DNA of 64,000 nucleotides, taken from Lama glama (lineage: Eukaryota). This document shows positions 1 through 11,260 of this stretch, piece by piece. Position numbers and translations under genes: made by a program. The notes under the pieces are model-generated. The model searched no databases. It had not been told where the DNA came from and worked only from the letters and a program-made list of their open reading frames with translations. The stretch covers positions 11,534,001 through 11,598,000 of the forward strand of contig CM052816.1 of assembly GCA_028534125.1 (NCBI GenBank), read 5' to 3'. How positions within the stretch are numbered: position 1 is the first letter of the stretch; every line of letters begins with the position of its first letter.

Positions 1-804
1 TTTTCCATAAAACCATTTTCAACCAATCACTGATTTTTAGGTTTTGTTTGTTTAAAAGTGTAAGAGTTCAAACTTCCACATTCTATTAAAGTTTAGCTCT
101 AAAATCAAAATTAGAAAAAAAAAACCCAGGTCTTCTGATTCCCCATGCTTTTGGCCCTATGGAATGTTCCTTTTAAGAGAAAAAGGCCACTATTAATGAT
201 GAAGATGATCATAGTTACCATTTATTGAGTATTTATTGTGTCCTAGGTACTTGGCCGTGTCTTGTGCTTACAGTACCTCTTTTTAACTAAATCTCATTTG
301 TAGGTTTAGAATTGACAAAATCATAGTTTATATAAACCTTGTACAAGGCCACAGTTTATGATATTGGACTGCTTGCCCTTCGTAAGCCATGTGTCAAACT
401 TGGCATCTATGTAAAAGTATGATTAGCAGGAACTTAATAAAATCAGATAACCGAGCCTTCACGGCTGCACTGCACAATGGGCTTAAACATAGCACTCTAG
501 AGACCAGGTTCCGGGGTTGGTTTCTGCTCAATCTGATTCCCGGCTTTCTGTGTTATCTGATCCAATGCCACATCCCACTGTCAGCCACCCTTTTGGTCTG
601 AGGATGGTCAGGATGGATTCTTGCTGCTCCACCCACTGAAACAGGTGGTCAGGGTGGTACTTAGCTAAAATAAGGAAATGAGAGCTGGGAAGTCATGATC
701 TTTCAGTAACAAATCCAACTCTAAAACAACCCAGGGTAAATATTGACTCTGCAGCAATGTTGGGTAGCTGTTAAGCACAACAATTTAAAGTAATGGCTCT
801 GAAA

Positions 805-940
805 GGGAGGAGAGTTTAGCTCAAGTGGTAGAGCACATGCTTAGTATGCAGGAGGTCCTGGGTTCGATTCCCCAGTACCTCCTCAATAAATAAATAAATA
901 AGTCTGATTGCCCCCTAAAATTAATAACAAATAAATAAAA
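805..940 (+). mobile_element. tRNA-Ala-derived SINE (Vic-1-like)
   Basis: A box TAGCTCAAGTGG, TGCTTAGTATGCA anticodon-arm remnant, B box GGTTCGATTCC and an (AATA)n tail. Confidence 0.88.
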
Positions 941-1440
941 TGAACAGATATATTTATACACCAGTATTCATAGCAGCACAATTGCCCACAGGTGGAAACA
1001 ATTCAAATGTCCACCAATAGATGGGTGGGCAAACAAAATGAGGTACATACATACAATAGAATATTGTTCAGCCTTAAAAGGAAGGAAATTCTGACACATG
1101 CTACGACATGGATGAACCTTGAAGACGTATGCTAAGTGAAATAAGCCATTTTTAAAAACATGATTGTTTGAGTCCACTTATATGAGGTCCTAGTGGCATC
1201 AGATTGACTTATAGAGACAGAAAGTAGAACGGTGCTTGCCAGGGGCTGGGGACGGGAGAAGGTGGAGTTTAATAGGTCCAGAGTTTCAGTTTGGGAATAA
1301 GAAAAAGTTCTGGAGATGGGTGGTGGAGATAGTTTCACAACAATGTGAACGCACCAAAGCCACTGAACTGTACCTTACAAAAGGCTAAAGCGGTAAATTT
1401 TATGTTATGTATATTTTGCCACAATAAAGTCATAATAAAA
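941..1440 (+). mobile_element. Old L1 (L1M-type) 3' end fragment
   Basis: Contains AATGTCCACCAATAGATG, CATGGATGAACCTTGAAGAC, GCTAAGTGAAATAAGCCA and GTAAATTTTATGTTATGTATATTTTGCCACAAT. Confidence 0.85.
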
Positions 1441-4133
1441 AGCAAGGTTCTGATGTCAGTTATACCTGGGCTCGCTGTCCATTTTACCCACTTAACTGTG
1501 TGAGCTTGGGCAAGCCACTTCCCCTTGTGACTACAGAAGTACTTATGAAGATTGGTGTGGTGGTTAAAAAATATATAATACGTAAGAAGGACTTAGCATT
1601 GTGCCTGGAACATTGTGTATGCTCGGTAAATGTTACCTACCAGTGTGATAATGGCTAGGTTCTTATCAAAGAAATATCGAGTCTTTTAAAATTTTACATG
1701 ATGGATAGAGAAAGTGGTAATGAACAATCAGATATTTTAAGGAATTGAAACCATTTTTATAAGGTTCATAAAAAAAATGAAAGAAGCAAAAAATGAAATG
1801 TTCAGTGTATGTTAGTGAACATACACTTTGTACATATTATGCAATTTTATCTTCACAACAATTCTCTTTTATATACTGAAAAAAAAAAACAGAAGTTCCT
1901 TGGGGTTAAATAACTTGTTGATCTCACACAGCGGTCAAATAATATTTGAATATAATTTGGACTCATGTCTGCCTCCCTCCAAAGTCCACTGAGTTTCTAG
2001 TACTCGCTAAGGCGTATCTGCATTTAAACACAGAGCAGTGAGGTTTTGTGGTCCTTGAATGGCAATCCCCAGTCATGTTGCTTTTGACATCAGAGTATTT
2101 ATGAATGTTTAATCACATAAGCTGCCATTCTGGGCGCTATGGAAGGAAGCAAAAATTCCTGGCTCCATCCTGGCCCTGTATCATGTAAGAGTGAGTGTTC
2201 CTCACAGGCAATTGGGTGTAACCAGATAACATGAACTTCAGTTACACCCAGAGAGTTTCCTTAGACACAAGGAAGAATTTGGCTGTCAGGGTGAGTGAAA
2301 CTTAAACACATCTTCAAGGTGATTTGGGACCCTCCATCTCTGGAGTAAATTAAAAATAAATTCGCTAATCTGAGAGTCTCAGATATTGACCAGCTTTGAG
2401 GGAGGAGGTTGGACCAGATAGCTGCAGATTCTTTTTTAGTATATTGAGAATTTGCCTTGGAAAAACCAGTCCTTCATGTGAAAAAAAAAAAAAAAGCTTC
2501 CTAGTAACTGAACCTCTTCGACTATTACTGGAAATGGAACCTTCCAAAAGTGCCACCATCTTTATCTTCTGATGTTCAGAAACCGATAGTCCAGAGTGTG
2601 AAACAGGAACCCAGCCTGCATCAAACAGAAGGAAATGGAAGCTGCCACATGATCCCTTGAAGAGAGGGAGAGAAAACAGGGCCAGGTAGGAAGTTAGTGG
2701 CTTTATAAATAATTATCAAAAACTCCGTGGATATTTCAAAGAAGGGGACCTGAGTTTTGAAGTCCCGCTCAAGCCAGGCTGTGACTGAATACATGAGGGC
2801 TTTCAATGGGAGACTGCTTGACCGTGGCATCTAAATAGATTTGGCTTATACAGGTCTGTAAAAGCAGGGAAAACTATTTCACGCTGGGGAACTTAGCTGT
2901 GAAGCATGACTGCATGTGTCCTGCTAAAGGACAGTTTTTAATGCAACAGTAGCAATGCGCATCATTTGCATAGTACCTTCAGCTTCTGCAGACTGTTTTA
3001 CATATTCTTCATTACACTCCCACTCCTAGATGTCGATACATTTAGCCTCAGGGACAAGAATCAAAGTATTTAACCAAAGAGTCCAAATATTTAACCACAG
3101 GAACATTGCCTAATTGGTATAGAAGCCAGAGGAGGGTTGAGGTAGGGTCCTAAAACCTGGGATCCTAAGCATTAGCTTCTACATTCCTGGGTTTTAGGAC
3201 ATTAGAGGCTCCCTGAGGAGAGGCTGGGGTAACAAGAAGGCAGTCAGGAGTCTCAGGACAGCACCTGTTTACCACCCAGTATGAATATTTGTATATTTTA
3301 ATAACTAGTTTGTCTTTGTTGGTGGCCACCCATTAGATGTCAGCCCATTTACATGAGCAAACTGAGGTTCCAAGAGCCCAAATGATTTTCCTGAATCTCG
3401 TAATTAGTGAACAGTGGAGTTGGGATCCAGTGTTGTTCCCCTCTCCCCCTCCCAGCTATCCTAGCTCTGCAAAGAAATATGTGCTCTTAGTTAAGTAATG
3501 TCTAAACATTTACTCCCTCTGCTTCTCTATTGCATTATAGTATTGCCCAAATTATTTCTCAGCAAACGAGTAAGTAACACAGGGTAAATCCATGGAAGGG
3601 AACATAAGTTATTAGTAATGATGCTATAGAAGTGTATTTATTGACACAAAAAGATTTTCATATTGTATGAATAATGAAAAAACAAGTATATATGTGTATA
3701 TGTACACAAGTGTGTATATTCATGTATATGTACATGTATACACACACATACACATATATACCCATATATATATAATGATCTTATTTTTGCAAGGGAAAAA
3801 TGTTTGTGAATAGCTCATTGTATGTGTTAAGAATATGGACTTTAGAGGGAGACAGACTTGGGTTTGAATCCCAGCCACAAACCCTCAGTAACTCTGTAAA
3901 CTTGGAAGCCTGTTAACCCCACTGAGAGTCAGTCTCCTCATTGGTAAAATGTAGAAATCATAGTATCTGTCTCATAGGGATATTTGGGAGGGAAGTGAGA
4001 TCATATTTGTAAAATGCTTAGTATTTTGCCTGTCACACAATAAATGCTAATAATAATAATAATAATAAAAATAAAAATAAATTGTATCTACTATCATTAT
4101 TTATGCCAAAATTTTGGAGAGAAATTTATTTTT

Positions 4134-4233
4134 TTATTATTTTTATTTTTTTTTAACTGAAGTACTGGGGATTTAACCCAGGACCTCCTAGATGCTAAGC
4201 ATGCACTCTACCACTGAGCTCTACCCTCCCTCA
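4134..4233 (-). mobile_element. tRNA-Ala-derived SINE with 16-bp target site duplication (TSD)
   Basis: Reverse-complement SINE head. TSD agagaaatttattttt at 4118-4133 and 4234-4249. Confidence 0.9.
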
Positions 4234-4285
4234 AGAGAAATTTATTTTTGAAAAGCATTCCTTTATGTTTATTAAGCACTCAGCA

Positions 4286-4441
4286 GGGGAGGGTAGAGCT
4301 CAGTGGTAGAGTACATGCTTAACATGCCCAAAGTCCTGGGTTCAATCCCCAGTACCTCCATTAAAATAAATAAATAAACCTAATTACCTCCTCCCCCCAA
4401 GAAAAACAAAACAAACAAAAAAATCTCCCCTCCAAATTAAA
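4286..4441 (+). mobile_element. tRNA-Ala-derived SINE with TSD
   Basis: GGGGAGGGTAGAGCTCAGTGGTAGAG...GGTTCAATCCCCAGTACCTCCA plus tail. TSD aagcactcag at 4274-4283 and 4442-4451. Confidence 0.92.
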
Positions 4442-4761
4442 AAGCACTCAGTGTGCCCACCCAACCCTATACCAGCTCGTGTGATGTGTAGTAGGAACAG
4501 AAGCTCTGGTCCCTGTCCTGCAGAGCTCTACATCCTAGATATATGACTAGTTCAGCTTTGGTTGTTGACTATCAACAGGAAGAAAGAAGCTGGTGTTCAG
4601 GATGTTCAGAGGGAGCAAAGAAACTAGGGAGTCAGCTTTGGGCTGCAATGGGATCCCAAGTGCTGGATAGTTTCTCAGTTTCCTGGGACGCTGGAGAGGT
4701 TCTGCAGCCCAAGATTTGGTGACTGGTGACCAATCACCACGCTCATTCTTCAATTCTTTAG

Positions 4762-4983
4762 TCCCCGCCTATTATAGATTTTGGAAAGATAATCATCTAC
4801 ACAAATAACCTGAAAATCATTCGAACTCCAATGGACAAGAGAGACTTCAAGAGGAAGATTCTCCAGAAGGAAGAGGAGGCTGAGGAAGAGTCTCTGATGA
4901 GCAAAGAAGGAATCTATGGAGACCAGAGTGACGGGCCTTTGCCAGAGACGGAAGGCACTTTCCCCCATAACCGGTACCCACAG
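4762..4983 (+). CDS. GRXCR2: GRXCR2 coding exon 2 (glutaredoxin and cysteine-rich domain protein 2)
   Basis: Acceptor ttctttag ends at 4761 and donor CAG|gtgtgt starts at 4984; 222 nt, phase 0-0. Translates SPPIIDFGKIIIYTNNLKIIRTPMDKRDFKRKILQKEEEAEEESLMSKEGIYGDQSDGPLPETEGTFPHNRYPQ, matching recalled human GRXCR2 (PLPIIDFGKIIIYTNNLKIIRTPMDKRDFVRKILQKEEEAEEESLM...). Confidence 0.96.
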
Positions 4984-6149
4984 GTGTGTCAGAATGGTTC
5001 ACTCTCCACTCAGAGCGGGCCCTGCAGCAGTGGTCTCCAGGTGGTTTTGCTTGTGCGCTATTTAAGTGAATCCTTTTGAATAGGAATCCTTAAGATGTCT
5101 GAATGAATTAAAGATGTGAAGGAATTTTAAGTTTATTATACTTTAATGGTACGTGGTTAGCCATAATAGTTATAAGTCCGTATTTCAAATACTCGTAATT
5201 TAAATTATGTTGGATGATTTCTTTCAAGGATCTGATCAGGTATGTATTGTTTTCACTTTGCAGTGTGGCTGAGAACAGCTTGTTCTAGAGATGGGAAAAA
5301 GAGCTCTGTCCTTTTCTTAGCGGCTCGCTTGTGCCTCCATGGTTGGTGATAATCCTGAAGCCACAGTTTCCTTGAAGAAATCTTGGAACGCTACTTGTCT
5401 TTAGATTTTGTGGAGATTAGTTTAGTTGAAACTAAGCAAAATCATCTGTAAATCCACTAGACCAGGCGTTAGTTAACCACAATATGTTCTAATACGCTGA
5501 AAATGAACGGCTGAATGGGGATACCCTCGTCACTTTACGTAAAGTGACATCACTTTACATCGCACTTACGCCATGGTCCCTTGGGTCCCACATTTGTCTA
5601 GTGACTGCCCGAACTAGTGAGGGTGCCAGTGTCAACTAGTTCATTAAAAGTCAGCATAGCAGCTTCTTTCGAAAACATTTTTAAAGCTTAATTTCTTGCC
5701 TTCTTTGGATAAAAAGTAACTACAAGCAGTTGGAATGCTTTTTCTCCCCACACCTTTCAGAGGTGTGCATTCACTCCCCATCTTGGAAACCATTGCTGAG
5801 ATGTGCTCAGACGAGGGGAAGGATGATGATGTTTCAACAGTTCACAGCGCGGGGCTGAGGGTGGGAAAAGTAGTTTCAGTGAATTTAAGCCAAGAGAGTA
5901 AAAGCTTGGATAGCAGCAGAAAGGAATTTTCTCTCTTCAGAGCCTTTCTCTTGGTGCTTGAAGCTGAGCCTCCCCCGTGGGTCGGCATAACACAGTGGGG
6001 GCTTCCTCGCACTTGAGTGATGTCCTGGTCCTGGGAGAGTTTAGGGGAGTGGACCGAGAAGGTCATGACCAGACTCCAGCTCTGTTCGCAACCGGTCCTG
6101 TCTCTTTCCAACCTGTTCCCACAATTGATAAGATGCATTTGAAATGCAT

Positions 6150-6722
6150 ATCTGATCATGCCACCCTTTCCTCACCCTTTCCCCTGCCCAAAGCTTTCAG
6201 TGGCCTCTCACCACTTGGGATAAAACCCAAACTCCTCACTTGTTCCAGAAAGCACTGTGTGACCTGGCTTCTTCAGCCTCACTCCTTACACATTTCTCCC
6301 CATTCTCTCTGCCCTGGACACACTGCCCAGCTGCCCACCTCTCATGTATGTGTTCTTTGCTCTTTCCTACTGGAGCCAACTTCTGTGTGCCAAGAATATT
6401 CTCCAGATTTCCTACCTCCTTGTCCTTAGTCCCTGACATCTCAGTGGCCGTATCACTGCCTCAGAGAGGCCTCTCCTGACTTCCATGAGGATAACATCCC
6501 TGAGGGTGGACCCCTCAGGGCACCTCACACCCCCTCCACACAGTTGCAATCTGACATTTATTTGTGCGATTGTTTGGTTAATGTTTGCTCTTACCTGCTA
6601 GGATTTGATTTCTACAAGGGCAGGGAGCATATTTACATTAGGTGTAACACACTAGTTCCAATGTCCCCCCCCCCAAAAAGTAGAGCCTGGCATATAATAG
6701 GTGCTCAATAAATAAATGTTTT
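6150..6722 (+). mobile_element. L2 3' fragment
   Basis: Contains GATAAAACCCAAACTCCTC and ends GCCTGGCATATAATAGGTGCTCAATAAAT, the typical L2 3' terminus. Confidence 0.7.
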
Positions 6723-7500
6723 TATTTAACTTATTATTAATACTGAAATTTGAAACCAAAGTACTAGCTGGCAAGACTTTATCAGCCTCTGCCTTCTATG
6801 CTGTACTCTTCAAACCTAGCAGAGTAGCAAGCAGACAGCTGAACATTGTGATCCAAAGCATTACCTTCCCACTTTAAAATTCATTAATTCTATTCTTGTC
6901 CATACCATTAATGTAACTTGTAGGAGCGTATATTTTCAGAAGGGGACCAGAAATGCAGGTCACACTGCAGGTCTGAGTGAAAAAGCAACGACAGATCTGC
7001 TATGACAATTACCTTTAAATTCAATTTGGAGGGAACAGTGTTTCTTAGCTGTAATGCCGTAAACTAGGACAGAGGTGTGCGGCGGAGAGTTGCCGTGAAA
7101 GGTTATACTTGACTTCCCTGTTCTTTAAGGTCTCTTTTAAATTGCTATTTGTTTGCCCCATCCCTCATGCAGTAAATGCCCAGACAACTTTTATTCCAAA
7201 AGAGAGGGTCAAAGAAGATCAAGGAGCCCCTTCTGACCAAGAGACTCTTTGTTGTATTATATGGAACAGGGGAATAGTAGGACCGTGATGAAAGAGCAGA
7301 GCAGGGCTAAAAGCTAGGCTGTGTTTGAACCTCTGTATTAATGATAAAAGAAAAAGAGAGGAATAATTGAATTGAGCCAGTGAAAAGTAGAAGGGGAAAA
7401 ATCTGGCCCTGGATTGAGTGGATTTGAGACCATAATTCATCTGGGCTTCTTTATGTTTTATGTGCTCTTACCTTTGAAACAAAGTAGTGGTAGTAATTGA

Positions 7501-7534
7501 TAATAATAATAATAATAATAAATAATAATAATAA
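7501..7534 (+). repeat. (TAA)n microsatellite, followed by a MIR fragment (about 7540-7770)
   Basis: Direct reading. MIR core GGAAACGAAGGCTCAGAGGAGTTAAGTAACTTGCC. Confidence 0.85.
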
Positions 7535-10500
7535 TTGCTGCCAGCTTCTGAGAGTTCCCGATAGCCAGACAGCATGCCCAGTGCTGTCCATGCAATAGTC
7601 CATTTCATTCTCGCAAGGACTCTGCGAATTGGGTGCTATCAGTAGTCCTGTTCTGCAGCTGGGGAAACGAAGGCTCAGAGGAGTTAAGTAACTTGCCAGA
7701 GGTGACTGGAGTCAGTAGGCAAACCCAGGTCCACCTGACTACCAATCTTACGATCTTCACCACCTGGCTAACCAGCCTCTAGGTTGGTGCTGGTTGCCAT
7801 CTCCAGGGCTACCCGGGCCTGGGAGTCCGCGGGGATGGCTGAGTTCCTTTTTCTTGGTCGTGGAGCTAGGAAGGGGTGCTTCGGGTAGATCTGTTGGATT
7901 CTGGAACCTAAGCTATGCTGTGCAGCTGTGTTCTGCGTGCTCTTGCTTAATCTTCTCTGAGAAGGATTTTTAAAAATACTGAGAACGATAGACACTGATA
8001 CCATGCAGATGGGGTATAGGCTCAGTAAACACCTGTTGAAATAACCGGATCATTAAAAAGAGAACATTGAGAGTGTATTGGGAGGAAGGGTGGTAACCCC
8101 GGAAAATGGAAACGCCAGTGAAAACTCTAATGCGTCAATAATCATGTGACAGGAGGTGAAATTTGACTGATGGTTTATTCTTCTTTAGGGCAGGGCATTT
8201 CAGTAATCTTTCAATATCTGACCTGGCATTCTACGCAAGTGAGTTTTTGGATCACTTGTATAGCATTATGGCAGGATTTTACCGTATTTCCTTTGACAAC
8301 ATTGACGTATCATTAAAATCTCAGTGGGATCAAGGGCAAAACATAAAACATGATGGATTTGGCAGAAAAATGGACCATGGCAATTTGCTTTAAGAGTATT
8401 TTGACAGATATATATTTTTAAGGGAATAAAATTAATTTCCTCATTGTTAATATATTAGAATGTGACCACAATCAATAAAATATTAACAAAGGGGTACATG
8501 GACATCATTTGGGATTTTGTCAACTGGATAATCACTTACATTCTCTAACTCTAGAATGAATAGGATTTAATACCTTCCCAGGCACTTTGCAGCACGATGG
8601 AACTATTTTCAGAAAGTAGGCCTTCCTTTTCAGAGACGATGTTTATTCTTAGGTTACCAGAGAAGGCTGTGTTGCCTGGTTGAGCCACCCAGTGGGCTCC
8701 AGATGTCTTGTTGGTCCCTAGAATTTAAGGACAGGAGGTGTTCTCCAGACATCATTGTTTTGTGTGTTTATTCTCTCAGCAAGTATATGAGCAGCAAATA
8801 TTGTGCCAGGCACTGTGTTAGATGCCAGAAGGTGATGGGGAAAGGGACTAGCCCAGAGCACTGCCTGTCTAGTCAGCAGGAATTGTCAGTGGAGGGTGAG
8901 ACCTGCCGTGCAGTAGAGGCACCGTGAACACCTGGTCCAGAGGTGCGGATCGGCAAGGCTTCCTGGAGGAAGTGCTGCTAAGCTGACATCCAAGAACAGT
9001 TAGGAGTCGGCTGGGTTGGGAGTGGGGAAAGGTCCCTGGAAGCCAGCTGGAGAGAGACCTAAGGATGAGAATCTGATGAAAGAAGTAAATCAGCTACAGA
9101 GATTCGGTTCTAACCTGAAGTTTATCTGGTGGGCAAGTGTTCATTGAAAGATTTCTTGGGTGCTTTCTGTGGGTCAAGCACCATTGTAGGTGACAATGAG
9201 ACTGGCACTGGTGGGGAGAACATCTCACAAGACCAGAGGCAGGGGACTCGGTTGAATTCAAGCCAGAATTGGTACGTGTCTGGATTAGGATTGTGATTGT
9301 GGGATGGGGAAAACAGGATGAATTTGAGAGATGTTCAGAAGGTGAAATGGACAGGAATTTGTGATGAATCTAGTATCGATCTGGCATTGCCACTTCTTTC
9401 TGAGAAGGTTCATGATCTGTGCATGGTCACTGCACGAGAGTGCAAAGATTACCAGTTTCCTTGTGATGTCTTAGGGGAAGAGCATGATAATAGCAAATGG
9501 GCAGATTCTGGTGTCCCTGGGAGGTGAGGTGGGGAGCTGAGTCTGGGACTGGAGACTTATCGCAAAGCTTAGAAATAAACTAACTTTAGTGGAGAACCTA
9601 TAATGTACCAGATAATATATTATGGCATTTACATATACTCTCGTTTAATATTCCAGCTACTCAGAAGGATAAGCAGTATTGCTCCCAGATCACAGGTACA
9701 GAAACAGACTTAGGGAGGTGAAGGGAACCGTCCAAGGTGCGCAGTTGGTGTTAGAGGCAGGCTTCAGTTCCAGGCTACCGGCTCCAGAGCAGAGCTCTTA
9801 ACCTCTGGGCCTTTTCACAGTTCTCAGAGTACAGACAGAGTGCTGCGGGAATTCAGGGCTAAGCTTTGAAGGATTGTAATGTCCATCCATTCCTCCGCTC
9901 CGGCTCTCAATCACACCGAACAATCCCCCTTGAGCGCCTGCTATGGGAGACCTATGACAAGGGGCTGCTGGTTGTCACTGGGAGCTTGAGCTCTGGCATC
10001 TGATTGCCTGGGATGCAATCTGGCCTTCGCCTCTTCAAGCTGTGCGACCCCTGGCGCACAGCTGAGCTTCTCTGGGTTTCATGTTCCCATCCGTAACATG
10101 GGGACGGATATACTTCCACCATCCACTGGGATGTTGGGAGGATTAGATGCATTGATACAGAGAACACTCTTAGGACAGCGCCTGGCAGGTCCTAGGCGTT
10201 GGACAAGTGTTCGCTGTGAGTGTTTGGCAGTGGGGAACATTAAGTCCTGCCCCCACAGTGCATACAAGAGTAACACATCAGAGGGGAATGAGAGATGAAG
10301 GTCAGCTGGCGGAGTGCATGCCCTGGCGGAGGGGCTGCTGTCTTAGAGGGGTCCAGCAGGGAAGTCTCTGATAAAATGCAGGGATTATCCTGTGCCTCCG
10401 GCCAGTTCTTTCCTTGGCATTTGTGGAATCATTTCCCTCTACTTCTGCCCCAGCCTTTGGCCGCCTCATACTGTTTTGACTTGCGTGTGAATGATGGCCT

Positions 10501-10541
10501 TGCACTGCTGCTGTAACTTAACCCTGACCTGTCTCTTGCAG

Positions 10542-10724
10542 GAAGGGGAGCTTCCCGAGGACAGCTGTTTTCACTGCCGAGGGTCGGGCAGTGCCCCCTG
10601 CTCTCTGTGCCACGGCAGCAAGTTCTCGATGCTGGCCAACAGGTTTAAGGAGTCCTATCGGGCCCTGCGGTGCCCTGCTTGCAACGAGAATGGCCTGCAG
10701 CCTTGCCAGATTTGCAATCAATAG
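10542..10724 (+). CDS. GRXCR2: GRXCR2 terminal coding exon, Cys-rich zinc-finger-like C-terminus
   Basis: Acceptor gtctcttgcag ends at 10541. Translates [60 protein letters not shown] then TAG. It has four CxxC pairs and is in frame with exon 2. Confidence 0.97.
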   Translation, partial: EGELPEDSCFHCRGSGSAPCSLCHGSKFSMLANRFKESYRALRCPACNENGLQPCQICNQ

Positions 10725-10774
10725 CCCGTGACTTTGTATGTCCACTTTTACCGCATCCTCCGTGAAGTCGTTTC

Positions 10775-11260
10775 TAATAAACTGCCCCTCCTCCACCCCC
10801 TCCTCCCTCTCCTGGCAGGGAAGCCGCAGTGGCTGCGATCACTTCCTCCCCTGGTGAAACTCCATTGCTTGATGACTTTTCACGAGGCTGGTAACATCTC
10901 CTTCTGGGTCTAAGTGGCAGAGGCATTTTTTAATTAGAAACTGGAAACTGGCTCTAAAATTATCCATCCAGGACTGTTCAAGTATCTCACTGGAAACAAA
11001 GCAGGATGTCCGTGCTTCTTGCTGTTGCCTTTCTTTCAAAGTCCTGAGTCTCTCCTGTGTGATGTGCTTGGGTAATGTGCATGCAGGCAATGAACAATGC
11101 TACTTCTTAGGACAAGATGAGAGAAGACATTTCTGTGTGCCTCCAAACTCCTGAGGTTGTAAGCCAAGTCAAAACTATTTATGATAAATTTGGTGCTTAA
11201 ATACATGAGTGTGTGTGATATGATTTCTTCCAGCCCCCAAGTTATTACCAAATAAATAAA
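10775..11260 (+). terminator. GRXCR2: Candidate GRXCR2 polyadenylation signals (AATAAA at 10775-10780; overlapping AATAAATAAA at 11251-11260)
   Basis: Hexamers lie about 50 nt and about 530 nt after the stop codon. Which one is used cannot be determined from sequence. Confidence 0.5.

Noticed and set aside
5735..6479. Cluster of 90-150 aa ORFs in GRXCR2 intron 2
   Set aside because: No recognisable homology, and they partly overlap an L2 remnant.
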